Shown here: in pieces, positions 10,912-24,065 of the stretch
Position numbering within the stretch: the stretch's first letter is position 1
Layout: the number at the start of each line of letters is the position of its first letter
Assembly (NCBI RefSeq): GCF_000143415.4
Contig: NW_003314324.1
Coordinates: forward strand, 757,379-821,378
Length of the DNA: 64,000 nucleotides
Direction of reading: 5' to 3'
Source of the DNA: Selaginella moellendorffii
Lineage: Eukaryota > Plantae > Lycopodiophyta
Program-made: the position numbers and the translations under genes
Notes under the pieces: model-generated
What the model was told of the DNA's origin: nothing
Databases searched by the model: none
What the model saw: the letters and a program-made list of their open reading frames with translations, nothing else

Positions 10912-12545
10912 ACATCCAGGAAGCTGTAGAATACATGGAAATGGTACGTGCTTATTGTGACACACATTCTCGAACCAAAAAGCCTTCTTCTCCAGGTTTC
11001 CAATTTTTAATAGCTGCCAACGAGCTTCTTGCCTTATGCCTATGCTTGTTGGAGCTTTGCTATCTGTGTTGGCTTTACAAGTAGCGATATGAGCAATAAT
11101 TTCATGTTCTAATGTTTCATTTATCCTCACAGGTAACGACGTGTCTTTTCTTGCAAATCTTGCGGTGTTCCTGTATAAATGGTGGCCATTTGGCAACGAA
11201 TACAAAAGCAAAGCTGTTGGAGCTATTGCCTCGACTGCAAATGGTAACAATTGGAGTACACACCTGTCACTAACATTTTCTCAGTCCTTTGCATACAGGT
11301 TGAACTCCTTTTTAATATCACTTACTCTCACAAATTTCCTTCTAGACATGCCTTTACTCTGGAAAAAGAAGAAGTCATTCGGTTGTGGAACCGTGTAGAA
11401 CCTTTCACCGGATTCATAACTAGAGGTATCCATGACCTGCCGAATTCTTTCTCTTTGATAAAAGTGAGGGAAACGGCATCAACCAACCTTTCATGAGGCC
11501 ATTTTGAGCTCCTCTCAAAAGAATGTGAAGCTGAAAAGCAACAAGTAATCTTATGTTCATGCTTACTGTCACCATGCGACATTCCCCGGTACTTGAGAGA
11601 CTGACTTATTAGGCATGAGCTCCTATATCAAACACAGTCAGAAAGACCATTGTGGAATTTCGACAGACACTTGGGCACAAAGTCTTCTTACTGCCACCAC
11701 TTCAAGCACTGGCAATGGCTGCATTGGATACACTCTTACACACTCTCTACAATGTTCTATTATATTATTTTTGAAATTTAAATTGCATAAACTGAGATGA
11801 TGTCCTGCCCAAAAGGACATCTTTCAACACTCTCTACTTCTCCAGGAGGGCTAGTACATACTTATATTACATATCTATTACTTCGAAGAAGTAGGACATA
11901 TACATACACAAGTAAAACTATAAATTTAAAACATTATAACTTAAAATTATATAATAAACATTTGTTTCTTGAAATCTAGATTATTTGGGAGGCCTGGAAC
12001 AGAATTGGCGACAATCCTGGCGCAGACACTCCAATTATGATCCAATCTGATACTCTCCTTCCCTTCCAAAATTGCCAATTCTAGAAGTAAGATCTACATG
12101 AGCCAAGGAGGGATTCCAGTCAAGTCATGGTAACGAATTCACCGCTCCAGCCATGGGCCGTGATTGATCGCTAACGCAAACTTTGTTTAATCACAAAAAT
12201 TTGTTTAATTGCGTTTGCTGGGAAAAAGTATAGCATTTCTCATGTATGTCCGAGATCCATCCCTTCACGCTCCAGAAAGAGAAGCTCTTCTTTCTCGCAG
12301 GCAAGTTGGGTGGAAAGTTATATATATGTGTGTAAAAGATTCCGAGAATCCTTTAGGCCTGGATTTTGTACGAAAAGTGTCAAGAACCTCCTACCTATGG
12401 GTAACGACGGACTCGATGCGTCTTCTCTGGCCTGGGATTGATGGGCATACACAAGAGGAACAGCCTGGGATGGATGAAGAGGAACAGCCAATAGAGGGGG
12501 ACGGGACGCGAAGCTGCTAAAGACCTATACCGGCGGATCTTACAG

Positions 12546-13142
12546 TTGAAGAGGGGCATGGTCATTGTGATGGGTGCCCAAGGCTTGGGCAAGACAGTCT
12601 TGGTTCATGCAGTTTGCAACCACATCCAGCAGTCGGGCTTGAGGAGGTGCGTGTTCCTTGATGTAAAGCGTTTCATCAAGTTTCCACTGCTTACCTTGTG
12701 GATGAGCGTGCTTCTCACATTCTATGGACAAGCCGTTGAAATGGAGGAGATCCGTAAAGTGCAAGACCTTGATATATTTATCGTTTGGTGCATTCTCAAG
12801 AAAGGTCTCGTGTTTGTGGTTGACGACTGGGCGTGTTTCGAGACAAAAAGCGAAGATTCGGAGCAACTAAAAAATGCTAAGGAGACCGCCAGAAGCTGCG
12901 TCGAAGAGCTTGTCCAAATCCTGGTCCAGATTCCGTCGGTTGACAGCAGAGAACGCCTCGCCATGGAGGCTAATCCCAAGAAGAAGCTACGGCTCGACTG
13001 CGACAAGTTCATGGTGAACGGGCCTTTCAATGCAGCCAAGCTTTCAACATGGAAGGGCTTGTCGTCGTTGCCCGACTCCGTGAAGCAAAGTACAAGCTTA
13101 ACCTTTCTAACTGGGGGGATGCTGAGGTTCTTGAAACTTTGA
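12546..13142 (+). pseudogene. P-loop NTPase fragment, possibly a decayed Crinkler-type NTPase
   Basis: Walker A (VIVMGAQGLGKT) and Walker B (LVFVVDD). No clean start and an early stop. Confidence 0.5.
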
Positions 13143-13325
13143 ACGTGCTGGCGGCGACGTGGCGAAGTATACAAAACTGATTAAATCTGTTACGCACGGG
13201 CTGTGGTTCGATTTCATCGGCAACTTGGAGACTGAGGAGGAAGTGCATGCAGGTGTACTCCTTGGTGCACGAGGCGTCATGGAACCCGTGCTTCTAGAGA
13301 AGATCTAGAGCACGATCTAGAGCAT

Positions 13326-14074
13326 TGCAATTCACCACCATTTTCACCTGAATATAATTTTTTTAAAGTGTCTCGTTCATATAATACCCAACATAATCAT
13401 ATGATACCCATACCATGTGTTTGCTCTTTTTTAAAAATTATTTTGATATAGCTTGTCAGCGCTCCTGCACAGATAATGAAGCAGATATAATTTACCCCAG
13501 GTGCTGCTTGCAGCACTCGCCTTCAACTGCAACTGTGTAGGAGTCTTCCCGTCTGCGTTTCTGGCCACAAATGCCTGCGGCAATAGAAGGAGTAGCTATC
13601 CGTAGAACCGAGGGAATATTCTATCTACAGCCACATGGGTCACGACCATTGGAAAGGGGAAGTCTGCAAGCACTAGCGCATCAAAACAGTCCATGATCGT
13701 ATGTAAGAGAGGAAGTGAAGAAGAATAAAAAACCTCAATGAAGAGTTTCTCAATGAAGTGCTCTAGATCATGTTCAATCTAGACAATTGGTTACCCCAAG
13801 CTTCCTCGTCAAGGTCAAGTACCAATCATCTAGATGGAACACGGTATAGAGCACTTCGTCAAGGAACTCTTCCTCTCTTACATACGATGATGGACTGTTT
13901 TGACGCGCTAGTGCTTGCGAACTTCCCCCCTCCAATGGTCGTGACCCTAATACTGATGTAGCGGCAGATGGGATATTTTCTCGGTTCTACAGTCAGCCTC
14001 CGAGATAAGACAGTATTATATGAATGAGACTCTTAAAAATAATTATATTCAGGTGAAAATGGTGGTGAATTGCA
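13326..14074. repeat. Long imperfect inverted repeat (fold-back)
   Basis: 13326-13387 pairs with 14013-14074. 13601-13790 pairs with 13821-13991, apart from a ~25 nt bulge. Loop is ~30 nt. Confidence 0.85.
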
Positions 14075-15726
14075 TTGCGTGGAGCGCTGCCGAGCGTGAC
14101 TGCGGTGGTGGTGGCGAGTGCACGGAATCCTTGTCTCTCTCGTTGATATTGGTATGAGCAGAAGCTCCCAATGATCCTCAAATTGATGAATGCGGGGGGC
14201 TCTAAGCTAACATATGCAAGCATTTCATGCACATCTTAGAACAAGCTCGCACATGTGACATAAAACACTATAAACATGAAGATCGTAGTGTGTGCTCATT
14301 TTAGGCAGCAAGCTTGTCCACCTCGAGCTTCAATAGCAAAGGTGACAAGGCTAGAGCGTGGGAAAGTTGGCGCTCTAACTGTACAGGCTGCGGCATGTAG
14401 GAGCTCGTCACATGGGCTGCTATATCCAGGAAGCTGACTCTGGTAATGTTCCTGGGAGCGAACATAAAATGCTTGTTTAGTGGCATCGATCCACTGAAGC
14501 TTGAAACTCGCCCTGGCTGGCTGGCTGGCTGGGCTTGCTCCATCTGATTGACAAGGACGAGCTTGAGTCAAACCGAGGTTTCTATGCACTCATTTGAAGT
14601 GGTTCCACTTATTCTATTTTTTCGTTTAGCTATGGATGCTTGATTGACAGCAAGAACAAAGAAAAATCTACTTGAGGACAAGTAGATCGTTGTTGAAACC
14701 CTTCATGAACATTTCATGGTGCTTTCAGCTGCTGTTGGGCAGATCACTTTTGTTTTAGAATTTTAAATAATTTAAATAATTTACTGTGCTTGATCACTAG
14801 AAATAAAAAAATTTCACAGTCTATAAATTCATTAAAATAAATTTTAACATACTTCTGAAAATTGAAGCAAGGGTTCATATAAATAACATTATAAATCTAT
14901 AAATTAGTATATTAAAAATTCTAAAATGGGACCTATCAAATATATTTATTCTCATATAGCAAAATGGTAATAATATATTTTAATAGAACTAAAAATACAT
15001 TAAAATTGAGTGGTAAATTCCACAGAAGATAAGGTTTTAAAGTAAATGGGTCAAATCCTAGTTTTCTTACATGAAATATTTTAGTTGTAGTACTCTTAGA
15101 AGATTAGTTTAGTGAATAGAATCAATGGGAAAACTGAAAAGACGCTGAAATATAGTTAAAAAAATAGTTTTTTGGAGAACTACGCTCTAATTTATTTATA
15201 TCCAGAGTCTGTTTTTAGTGTAATGTATGAATTCCAAAGCATATGTAAAATACATAAATTTAATATTAAAGCCTTCCTCATTTTCTAAACATGGAAAATA
15301 TATATAAACATTATTATCCTGGCAAATGATAACAAAAGTTTTTTTTAGACAAGGTAAATATACGTTAAATCTTGATCTTCTCAAGAAGTTCCATCTAGTA
15401 TTCTGGATTAAATTTGTTATACATGAGTATTAAATCCTATAAATCCTCTGAGTTTTACTATATTTTAAACTTTATCCATTCAAAATTGATGGTAACTTTT
15501 CAAATTTTAATAACTAGCAAGAAAAATAAAAGGTATAAACTCAAATGAAAGTGATGACTAAGAATTTGCTCTAAGAAAATAAAAGCACTTACCAACCACT
15601 ATTCCTTTATATACTAGGTAGATAATTTGGATGCATAAAGAAGTTTATATAGTTTACAAACTCATATAGTTAAATTTATCTTTTTTCATGTTGGATAGCT
15701 CAAATTCCTTCTAATAAATAACACTT

Positions 15727-18591
15727 TGTAAAGTTTGTAAATACATGTATGTATATATATGTATTACCCTAGCTAGGTAATACACTAATAATAGTATTAT
15801 AGCATATAAACTGTCCATTTAGGATTAAATATAATCTATCCATTCTTGTATATAAATAGGGGTTTAAACCCCAATTAATATGCTTATTTTTATATCCCGA
15901 GCACTCATATTGGTGGAAGTGAGGGGCATTATAATTTATTCCTAAAGGGCAAAGCCTTTTTGACAATATTTTGCTCTAGTATTCAGGATTGCGTTTTTTT
16001 GTTCTTATTTCTTCATTCTCTTTTGGATCTAGATCTATATTAACTTTTTGCAAGATCTAGAATTCTAGTTATTGTTATGCTTAGATTTGCTTTGTTTTTT
16101 CTAATCTTTATTGCATTATCTTCTTCTATCATGCCACGCCGTCATTGATTAAGGAGTATGTCACTTAAGGTTGTTAATGCTACTTTGTTAGATTGAACTT
16201 TTGGTACTGTGGGGTGTGATCATGTTAGTGTTGCACCCATCCTTAATGCATTGCCATCTCTAACTTTTGTGGGATGTAATTACATGGCTTATCTTATTCT
16301 TGGTGTTTTACCATCTTCTGTTAATATGAAGTATGATTGTGATATTGATTGGTGAGTTATAGATGATGCAATTCAATTCTTGGAGAATATTCAAGGATCA
16401 AATTTATGGGAAAACGATGTGTCTGAGCTTAAGTGGATTCTAGAGTGTGATAATGAGCTTGATTATTATAAAGATAGTGTAAGCAACCAAAGGGAACGAC
16501 TCGAGAGACGATCCATGGGGTTTAAATATAGAGGGAAAGGGCCCATGAACAAGAGTGCACCCCCTTTTCCAATCGGTTAAGGGTCTTGGGATAGTTGGAG
16601 TTAAGCGTCCTTGGGTTTGAATAGTACTGGGCTGGGTGACCTCCCGGGAAGTCCAAACTCAGGCGTTTACAATTTGGTATCAGAGAGGTCTTGGGTCCAA
16701 CTCTGTTGGTTGGCTAAGGGAATCACACCACAAGTTGATTGACATCTGGCTGGTCCAGTTTGCTCCTGCTGGGCTCGACCCGAGGGGTAGGGTGTCAAGA
16801 GAGCGGGGTTCTCGGGAGAGCTGTGGCTCTCAGCTTCCGTTCACGAGGGCGTGAACTTGCAGGGAAGCGTGGTGGATTGTAAGCAACCAAAGGGAACGAC
16901 TCGAGAGACGATCCATGGGGTTTAAATATAGAGGGAAAGGGCCCATGAACAAGAGTGCACCCCCTTTTCCAATCGGTTAAGGGTCTTGGGATAGTTGGAG
17001 TTAAACGTCCTTGGGTTTGAATAGTACTGGGCTGGGTGACCTCCCGGGAAGTCCAAACTCAGGCTTTTACAGATAGCTTTAGAGATGAAATGGAAATTTT
17101 GTGGGGTAGATATCAAAATTTCAATCTGCTATCTGATCCTTTCTCTTTCCCTTTTGCTCTTTCTCAACCTTTTTTTATTTCTCGGCCTAAGCCATCTTTT
17201 TATGTTTTTAGTATTTCTTCCTCATTTACAATGTTTTCTTCTCCTAGCACATCAATAATTTGTGACTCTCATGATTCTCGTTCTCAGTCCAATGTTGAGT
17301 TGAGTGTTTTTTGTTCTCCTCATACTAATTTGGATGTTGAGTGTATCCATAAAGTTGAGAATCTTGCTTTTGTTTCGTTGATAGAGCCTTTAATCAATTC
17401 TAATATTGAGTATTCATTTATTCCAAAGGTTGAGTCACTTTAACTAGAGTTTTGGGTTGAATGCATGTCTTCACTTGTGAGTGCCATTGAAAGCCTTTGC
17501 TTTATTATTGCTATTAAGGAATTTATATATTCCCTTAAGAGTGTGGATGTTGTTATTGATTTTCCCGTCTCAAGTGTTAAATTGTGTGTTGAGAAAGTTG
17601 AGCAATATGAATTTTTTTCTTATATTATGGTAGCCGAAGTATTTTATAATAAGAAGTCCTCTATTTTCTAAGCTTTAAGCATATGTTCTTCTGATTTCCC
17701 CATTTTTGTATTGTTAATTGTTGCAAATTCCTCTTCCAATGCTTCTTTATCCACTTTTTCTTCTTCCACAATTGTTTTTTTTCAATTTTTCTCATTTTCT
17801 CTTTTTTGCTCTACACTTCAAACCTTTTTTTTTCGAAGGAGGGGGTAGAGGGGATAGATGGGAGTCCAGTCCTGACAATGGAGTAAGGACGAGCGTATAC
17901 GGTAGTGGAGCAAGGATGAATGATATGAATTGTAGAGTGAGGACGAGTATAGTGAGTTTGAATGGAATATTTGGCCTTGATGTAATGAGGCTGAACGGAT
18001 GCGATAATAAAGTGAAGCCGGACATAGATGGCAGAATAAAAATGAGTGCAACAAATCCAAATGAAGCTAATGCTTCAAAACTTTTTTTCCTTAGTGGACG
18101 GGATAAGGAGAATGTAGAGGACAAATAGAGTGAGTCCAACCTCCTTGGTTCAAAGTTATGGTTGCATGGTTAATTTGAGCATTTGGGAGTTGCATATGGA
18201 GTTGCAATTGATTCATCGAGGTTCCATAGTTAGCTAATACTTATGCTATGGCTTTGGATTTTATTTCAATCATGGTTATCAATAACTTTATAGATGGGTT
18301 TGTGGAAGCTTTAGATTTTTGTGGTAATTTATAATCGCTCATCTGAAGCTTCAGATGTTTCACTTGACTTATTATCATCACATTTTTATCTTCTAGAGGG
18401 GAGGATAGTGTATGGTTTGTAAATATATATATGTATATACATGTATTACCTTAGCTAGGTAATACACTAATTATAGTACTATAGTATATGGATTATCCAT
18501 TTAGGATTGAATTTGGTCCATCCATTCTTGTATATAAGCAAGGGTCTAAACCCCATTTAATATACCCATTTCTATATCCCGAGCATTCCCA
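15727..18591 (+). mobile_element. Old non-coding LTR element (family A) hosting the Cassandra insertion
   Basis: Diverged ~180 bp LTRs at 15727-15907 and 18409-18591, PBS-like TGGTGGAAGTGAGGGG at 15911, PPT AGAGGGGAGGATAG before the 3' LTR, and ACTT on both flanks. Confidence 0.75.
16478..17071 (+). mobile_element. Cassandra TRIM with 5S rRNA-derived LTR segment (594 bp)
   Basis: 194 bp LTRs at 16478-16671 and 16878-17071 (TG..CA, 2 differences seen), TSD GATAG, PBS TGGTATCAGAG at 16675. LTR segment 16599-16654 (AGTTAAGCGTCCTTGGG..TAGTACTGGGCTGGGTGACCTCCCGGGAAGTCC) is the 5S A-box to C-box region. Confidence 0.93.
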
Positions 18592-19256
18592 ACTTAAAAC
18601 TTTTTTATAAAAAAATTATAAATTAAATATTATTTTAATTTTTTTGAACCTCTTTTTATTTTCCAGCTTTTGTTACCTTTTTAGATTTCTAGTATTTTTT
18701 CTTCATCTTAATACCTTTTTTTTCTGACATATTGATCAATATGGTTGTAATCAAGAATTGTTTTTTCTTGTTGGTGATGTTTTTGATTAGTTTTATTAAA
18801 TATTCTTTTGTTTCAATGGTTCAACCACTTTTGCTAAAATTTATCTTGACATTTGTTAAAAAAATTTATTTTACCATTTTTGCTAAGGAATTCTTTCTTT
18901 CCCTTGAAAGTGTAAACTTTTCTTTACATTTTTTTGTCTCAAGTCCTACACAATATCAATCTTTTACTTATGTTATTGTAGCGCACGTGGTTTTTACCCT
19001 TTATCCTATAGGATAACACCACGAAGCGGAACCTAAACCCTCTTTGTGCCACGTGATAGATGCCACATGTCACATGCCACGTGTCCAAAGGACAGTGGTG
19101 TGGAACCCGAGGTTTAGGGCCTTGGGCCACTGAACGAAGGAACGGTGTCCAAAGGACAGTGGTGTGGAACCCGAGGTTTAGGGCCTTGGGCCACTGAACG
19201 AAGGAATGGTGCCAAACTCTCAAGCATGGAGCCAAGGAGTGATGGAACTGAACCAT

Positions 19257-19931
19257 TGTAGCGCACCTTATCTCTCTCCCCTTAAGCCAACTGGAAAAGG
19301 GGCAATTGCTTGATGAGAGAGCCCTTAGTGGCTATTTTATCCCCATTTATCCCTCAAGGTTCCAAGGATCCACGGTGACAGTATATTTAAATCTCATCCC
19401 ATGATCACATGCGCTACACTCACCCCCCCCTTTAGAGATGTCAATGTCCTCATTGACTATTGACTAACAACCCCTACTGAGCCAAGGGGAACCAACACCT
19501 CCATTTCCGCACTCAATCTACCAATCCTTCCATTGTGTAGACCAGCTATTCCATGTGAGGCAACTAGTCATCCACCCGTACCGCAGTCCCATGGTGGATA
19601 CCTTCGTCCGTGGATACTCCACACAAAAGGAAGGACGTACGCATGGATGCCCAATACGTACGATTTCAAATTTAGGGGTAGGAATATACCTTGCTCAAGG
19701 GTATATTATACTTTTAAGTAGCCACTAATCAATGGGAATCGAACCTGTGCCAGTCGCTCCGATACCAACTGTAGCGCACCTTATCTCTCTCCCCTTAAGC
19801 CAACTGGAAAAGGTGCAATTGCTTGATGAGAGAGCCCTTAGTGGCTATTTTATCCCCATTTATCCCTCAAGGTTCCAAGGATCCACGGTGACAGTATATC
19901 CAAATCTCATCCCATGATCACATGCGCTACA
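19257..19931 (-). mobile_element. TRIM (675 bp) inserted in the family-B LTR
   Basis: 162 bp LTRs at 19257-19418 and 19770-19931 with 9 bp terminal inverted repeats TGTAGCGCA/TGCGCTACA and 3 differences seen. TSD ACCAT. Minus-strand PBS TGGTATCGGAGC and PPT GGGGGGGGTGAG. Confidence 0.92.
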
Positions 19932-22900
19932 ACCATGGAGCAACTCTCGAGCATACAGCCCAAGGAGTGAAGGGACAGGAGCCCGGAGCGACTTGGAATA
20001 GTCCTAGAGCAACCCTGGAGTAGTCCTGGAGTATCATTGACTGGCAAGCAAGAGATTCACGAATATATTACCCAAAGAAAATAACATTCTAATTTATCAG
20101 AACTAACTCGAGCAACAATCAACAAAACATAATGAATGTGGTAGAACCAACAAACACTTAGTCATGCCAACCATCGCACCAGCTAATCTGAATAGATCCC
20201 GGTCAATAATACAAAGGAACCCAAGTTACTTTAGCAAGTGTCAGTAACATTGAGCAAACCACGTAAAACATATAGTATTGCAAAAAGCCATAATCCATCA
20301 AAGAGAACAACTAACCATCATGAAAGATCATCAATCATCCCATCAATAGAGAAATGCATAATCGTCATCGAAGAAAGAATCTACCATCCCGAAGAATGGC
20401 AAATCATTCTAGATTAACAATAGTCAAGCAAAACCTTCGACAAGGATAATCAACTATCCTAGATGATAGTTAATCATCACCAATGATGGCTAGATGCAAA
20501 AGCCAACTTCAACATCGAAGCTAATGAGCCAAAATGCCTTCCCCAACAACTTCAAACAAATGGAACAATGAGCATAAAAACTCAAGGAACCAAAAACTCG
20601 AAGAAGCCTATAGCTATTGTCTATAATGATCATAAGTCTTGCATGAACTAACTTCAATGCTAAAGAAGAAATCATGGTACAACCCATAATATCCTTCTCA
20701 ACACATCCATAAGCTAAACTTCATAATGCCAAAGCTAATGAAGAGCATTTCTAAGCATAGCAAAGTTATGCTCAATAAGTGATCACTGAATGATCCTCCA
20801 TGAATCCATCTATAGCAAGACATAAGTCACTTCATAACAAGCACAAGAAGAATCATCAATGATCAATATGTTTCAATTCAAATCCAATAAAGATTCAAAT
20901 ATTCAAACATCGATCACTAACTCTTCCACTTGTAAAGTTAACATAGTCCATGACTAAATCACTTTTCAAAGAAAAGCTCAAAACTCAACCTCGACTAAGC
21001 AATCTCGTCTAGAACACAACTAAGTTAAACTTGCCACTCAATTCATTTGAACGTCAATATAGTTGTTAACTAGCTAATGCGCGAATGCTAATAACACAAA
21101 GTTACAACCAAATCATCAACACTATCTCTATTGAGACTAATGAAACTCAATATCAATCCTAAGGAAAGACATCTCTTTTCACTCGAATCTCAATATCAAC
21201 AATGTCAACAACAAGGCATCACTTCAGTGCCACCAACACCATAACAAAGCTAGAAGAAAGCACAAGTGAATCACCACTCAATGCGCTCTAGCAACCTAGC
21301 TAACCAAGGTTGAAGATACCTTAATCAGTATCCGAGACCAACCCTTCAGCCAAACTCAGTTACAGATAACACTTCATCAAGGAGTGATTCACCACGTCCA
21401 AGACTCAATGAAATCCAACACTACGGACTAGATGTAACTAAATGATATCAACAAAGGTAGAGTCGATATGTCAACATGAAAAAACTCATGTAAGTCTAAC
21501 GACACGATCCTTTGCAACACCATTCAATAAAGCAAGCCTATCACTGCTAAATCATCATCGAGCGAAGCAAGTGTCAAACAATCCTCGACGAAGTCTACAA
21601 GCAATCATTAGTTGTAAAGCAATTAACAATCACTCTTCAACTTGCCTTCACAAGTCCCAACACTAAACTCATGTCATCAAGTTATATACTTGTCCAACAT
21701 GAATGTGATACCCCAGGTATGAGATAAAAGTTCATAAACAAGCATAAACTAAATGACCACTCGAATCCAACTCAACCACAATAAGCTCACTAATGCATTT
21801 GGCCAATAACTTTGAGTATGCCTTGAAGAGGCTAGTTATATGTAATCAACACTTAGTCGAAACTAAAGTGAAGACCACAAGATGGACTCATATCGGTACA
21901 CAACCTCCTCATAGACAAAGCTATAGTATGGGTACCAACATCTCAACTCAAACAACTAAGTTGGACATCACCATCCTTAGCCACAGGATCACCAAGACTA
22001 AGTCAAGATCAGTGAAAGCTCACTACTCTCATAGAGCCTAACGAAATGTAAGGTGCAACCTGCCACCATGCACAACGCTACAAAAGAAAGGCACAAAAGT
22101 CACCGTTCTTAGAAAAGCACAACAACCACTTTTCTATACCAACTCCAGACTCTATCCAACTTAATTGCTTTAACTCCAAAAGTTAGCATCCTTTCGGGCT
22201 GCATCATATAAACTATTTACTAAGGTTTAAGCCAACCGAAGTCAACTCTAACCCTTTCACTAGCTTGTACTGGCTTACAAAAATGGAATGGTTTTCGAGC
22301 AAAGTGATCAACAGATCAGCCATTGGAAAAGCCTAAGAAAATTTATGGAAAATTTTCCATCCTAAAGAAAGAATGACTCTCAGTCCAGGAATGCAAACTT
22401 TCAAGACTTAACCAACTTCCTCTTACTAACAACTTCACATAGATTCACTTTAACACAAATTCTTATGACCCAATAAAGCATTGAACATCTTTGCCCATTT
22501 AACTGATATCCAACACCAACATCCGCAAAGTGCAAAATGTACATTAAAAGCTTGATCAAAAGACCACATCTCCAGATATCCAAATTGCACTAACACTTTT
22601 CTTCAATCACTTTTCAAGATTCAATGTGAAGCCAAAACACTAACAAGAAAAATGACATGAAAAATCAAGCTCTAAGGAAAATTCCTCATTACTCAAATCA
22701 ACAATGCCACTTCTACTAACACAAATGCTAGTGATGTTAAATGCCCCAACTACACATTTTCTCCATCCAACAATCTACTCCAAGTGCTAATAGATCAACT
22801 GACAAGCTATAGCAAATGAATGCTACAACCCTTTTCCAACATCTTAATGGGCAAACTTTAGGAAACAAGGTACCTACTTAAGCTTAGCATAATGGACCAC

Positions 22901-24065
22901 CATCGAGAATCCAGTCAAGGCTACTACAATGCTACTTCGTGCAAGTAGACTAGCTTCACCATCAACCACTTTGGGGTTAATCATCGTTTGACCAAGCAAC
23001 TTCATAAATACATTGCTCATTATCATATGGATATGATATGAGTATCACAATGACTTGATCATCAATCAAGCAACACTACGAGCAACGCCCATATCATTAC
23101 TACAAAGGTTTATGTAAGTATCAAGTGTCAACTCAATTCAACAAAATATAACATAAATGCCACACTTCACCAATAGAGATTTACAACACTGAACACCACT
23201 AACTTTTGTTCACAACATGGACAAGCTCATGCCACTCTTTTTCCGACCAAACTCAAAACTAATTCAACACTAAACTACTCAAGGAGCAACAGCAAGGTTC
23301 CCCAGAAAAGAATTGAGCATTGTAACCCAAGTCTTCTAATAGCAAGCCTAGACAAAATGGTATAGCACTTCACCACTATCAATCCCACAACTCACCATTG
23401 TAAGACCCTCATCTCCAACATGCATCAAGATAGGGACTCTTGTTTGCATGATGTGAACACGAGCAATCAGTTAACACCTTGTTGCAAATCATCTCTCCAA
23501 GAGAAAATGATTTATGTGTTTGATCCTTCGTCCCTAACAACTCTCTTTTCGGTCTCATCTTTGACTAAACCTCAAGTTTGCTTTCGCACTGCCTTCAGTT
23601 CAATCCAAGAAAAGTTTATGAGAGAGCACGGCAATGACTACTTGAACCAATAGACTAAGCCCTATAGTCTTGATTGGTTCACTTATAATCATACCTAGGA
23701 AAGATTCACTAGTGCTGTGCTAAATAGCTACGGACTAGCCTATTTGCCACTCATAGCAAACCAGGGAGGTTTGCTTTCACCCATGATACGAGGAACAACT
23801 CATGGAACCACTGATAGGTTAACATTAATCCTGCCAACTCAAAGTGTAACCTTGAGTTGCTAATGTGCCTCACACATGAGCCCAAGCGAAAACTCGTGCA
23901 AACAGAACACCTCAATCCTTCTTATGAGCCCAAGAGCAAGCTCACATTATCACGGTACAAAAAGGTAACAAAAACCATACCCAAGGAACAACTACGAAGT
24001 CTTTGCACCCAAATGTGTACCCACTCGGATCATCGTTTTCATCTCTGCGTATGCAACAAGACTAA

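Noticed and set aside
14760-15720. Possible viral (NCLDV-like) relic in AT-rich DNA; also 18600-18975 and 34440-34660
   Set aside because: No recognisable motif, so the call cannot be supported without a search.
16599-16654. 5S rRNA gene
   Set aside because: Only the internal promoter segment is present, embedded in TRIM LTRs.
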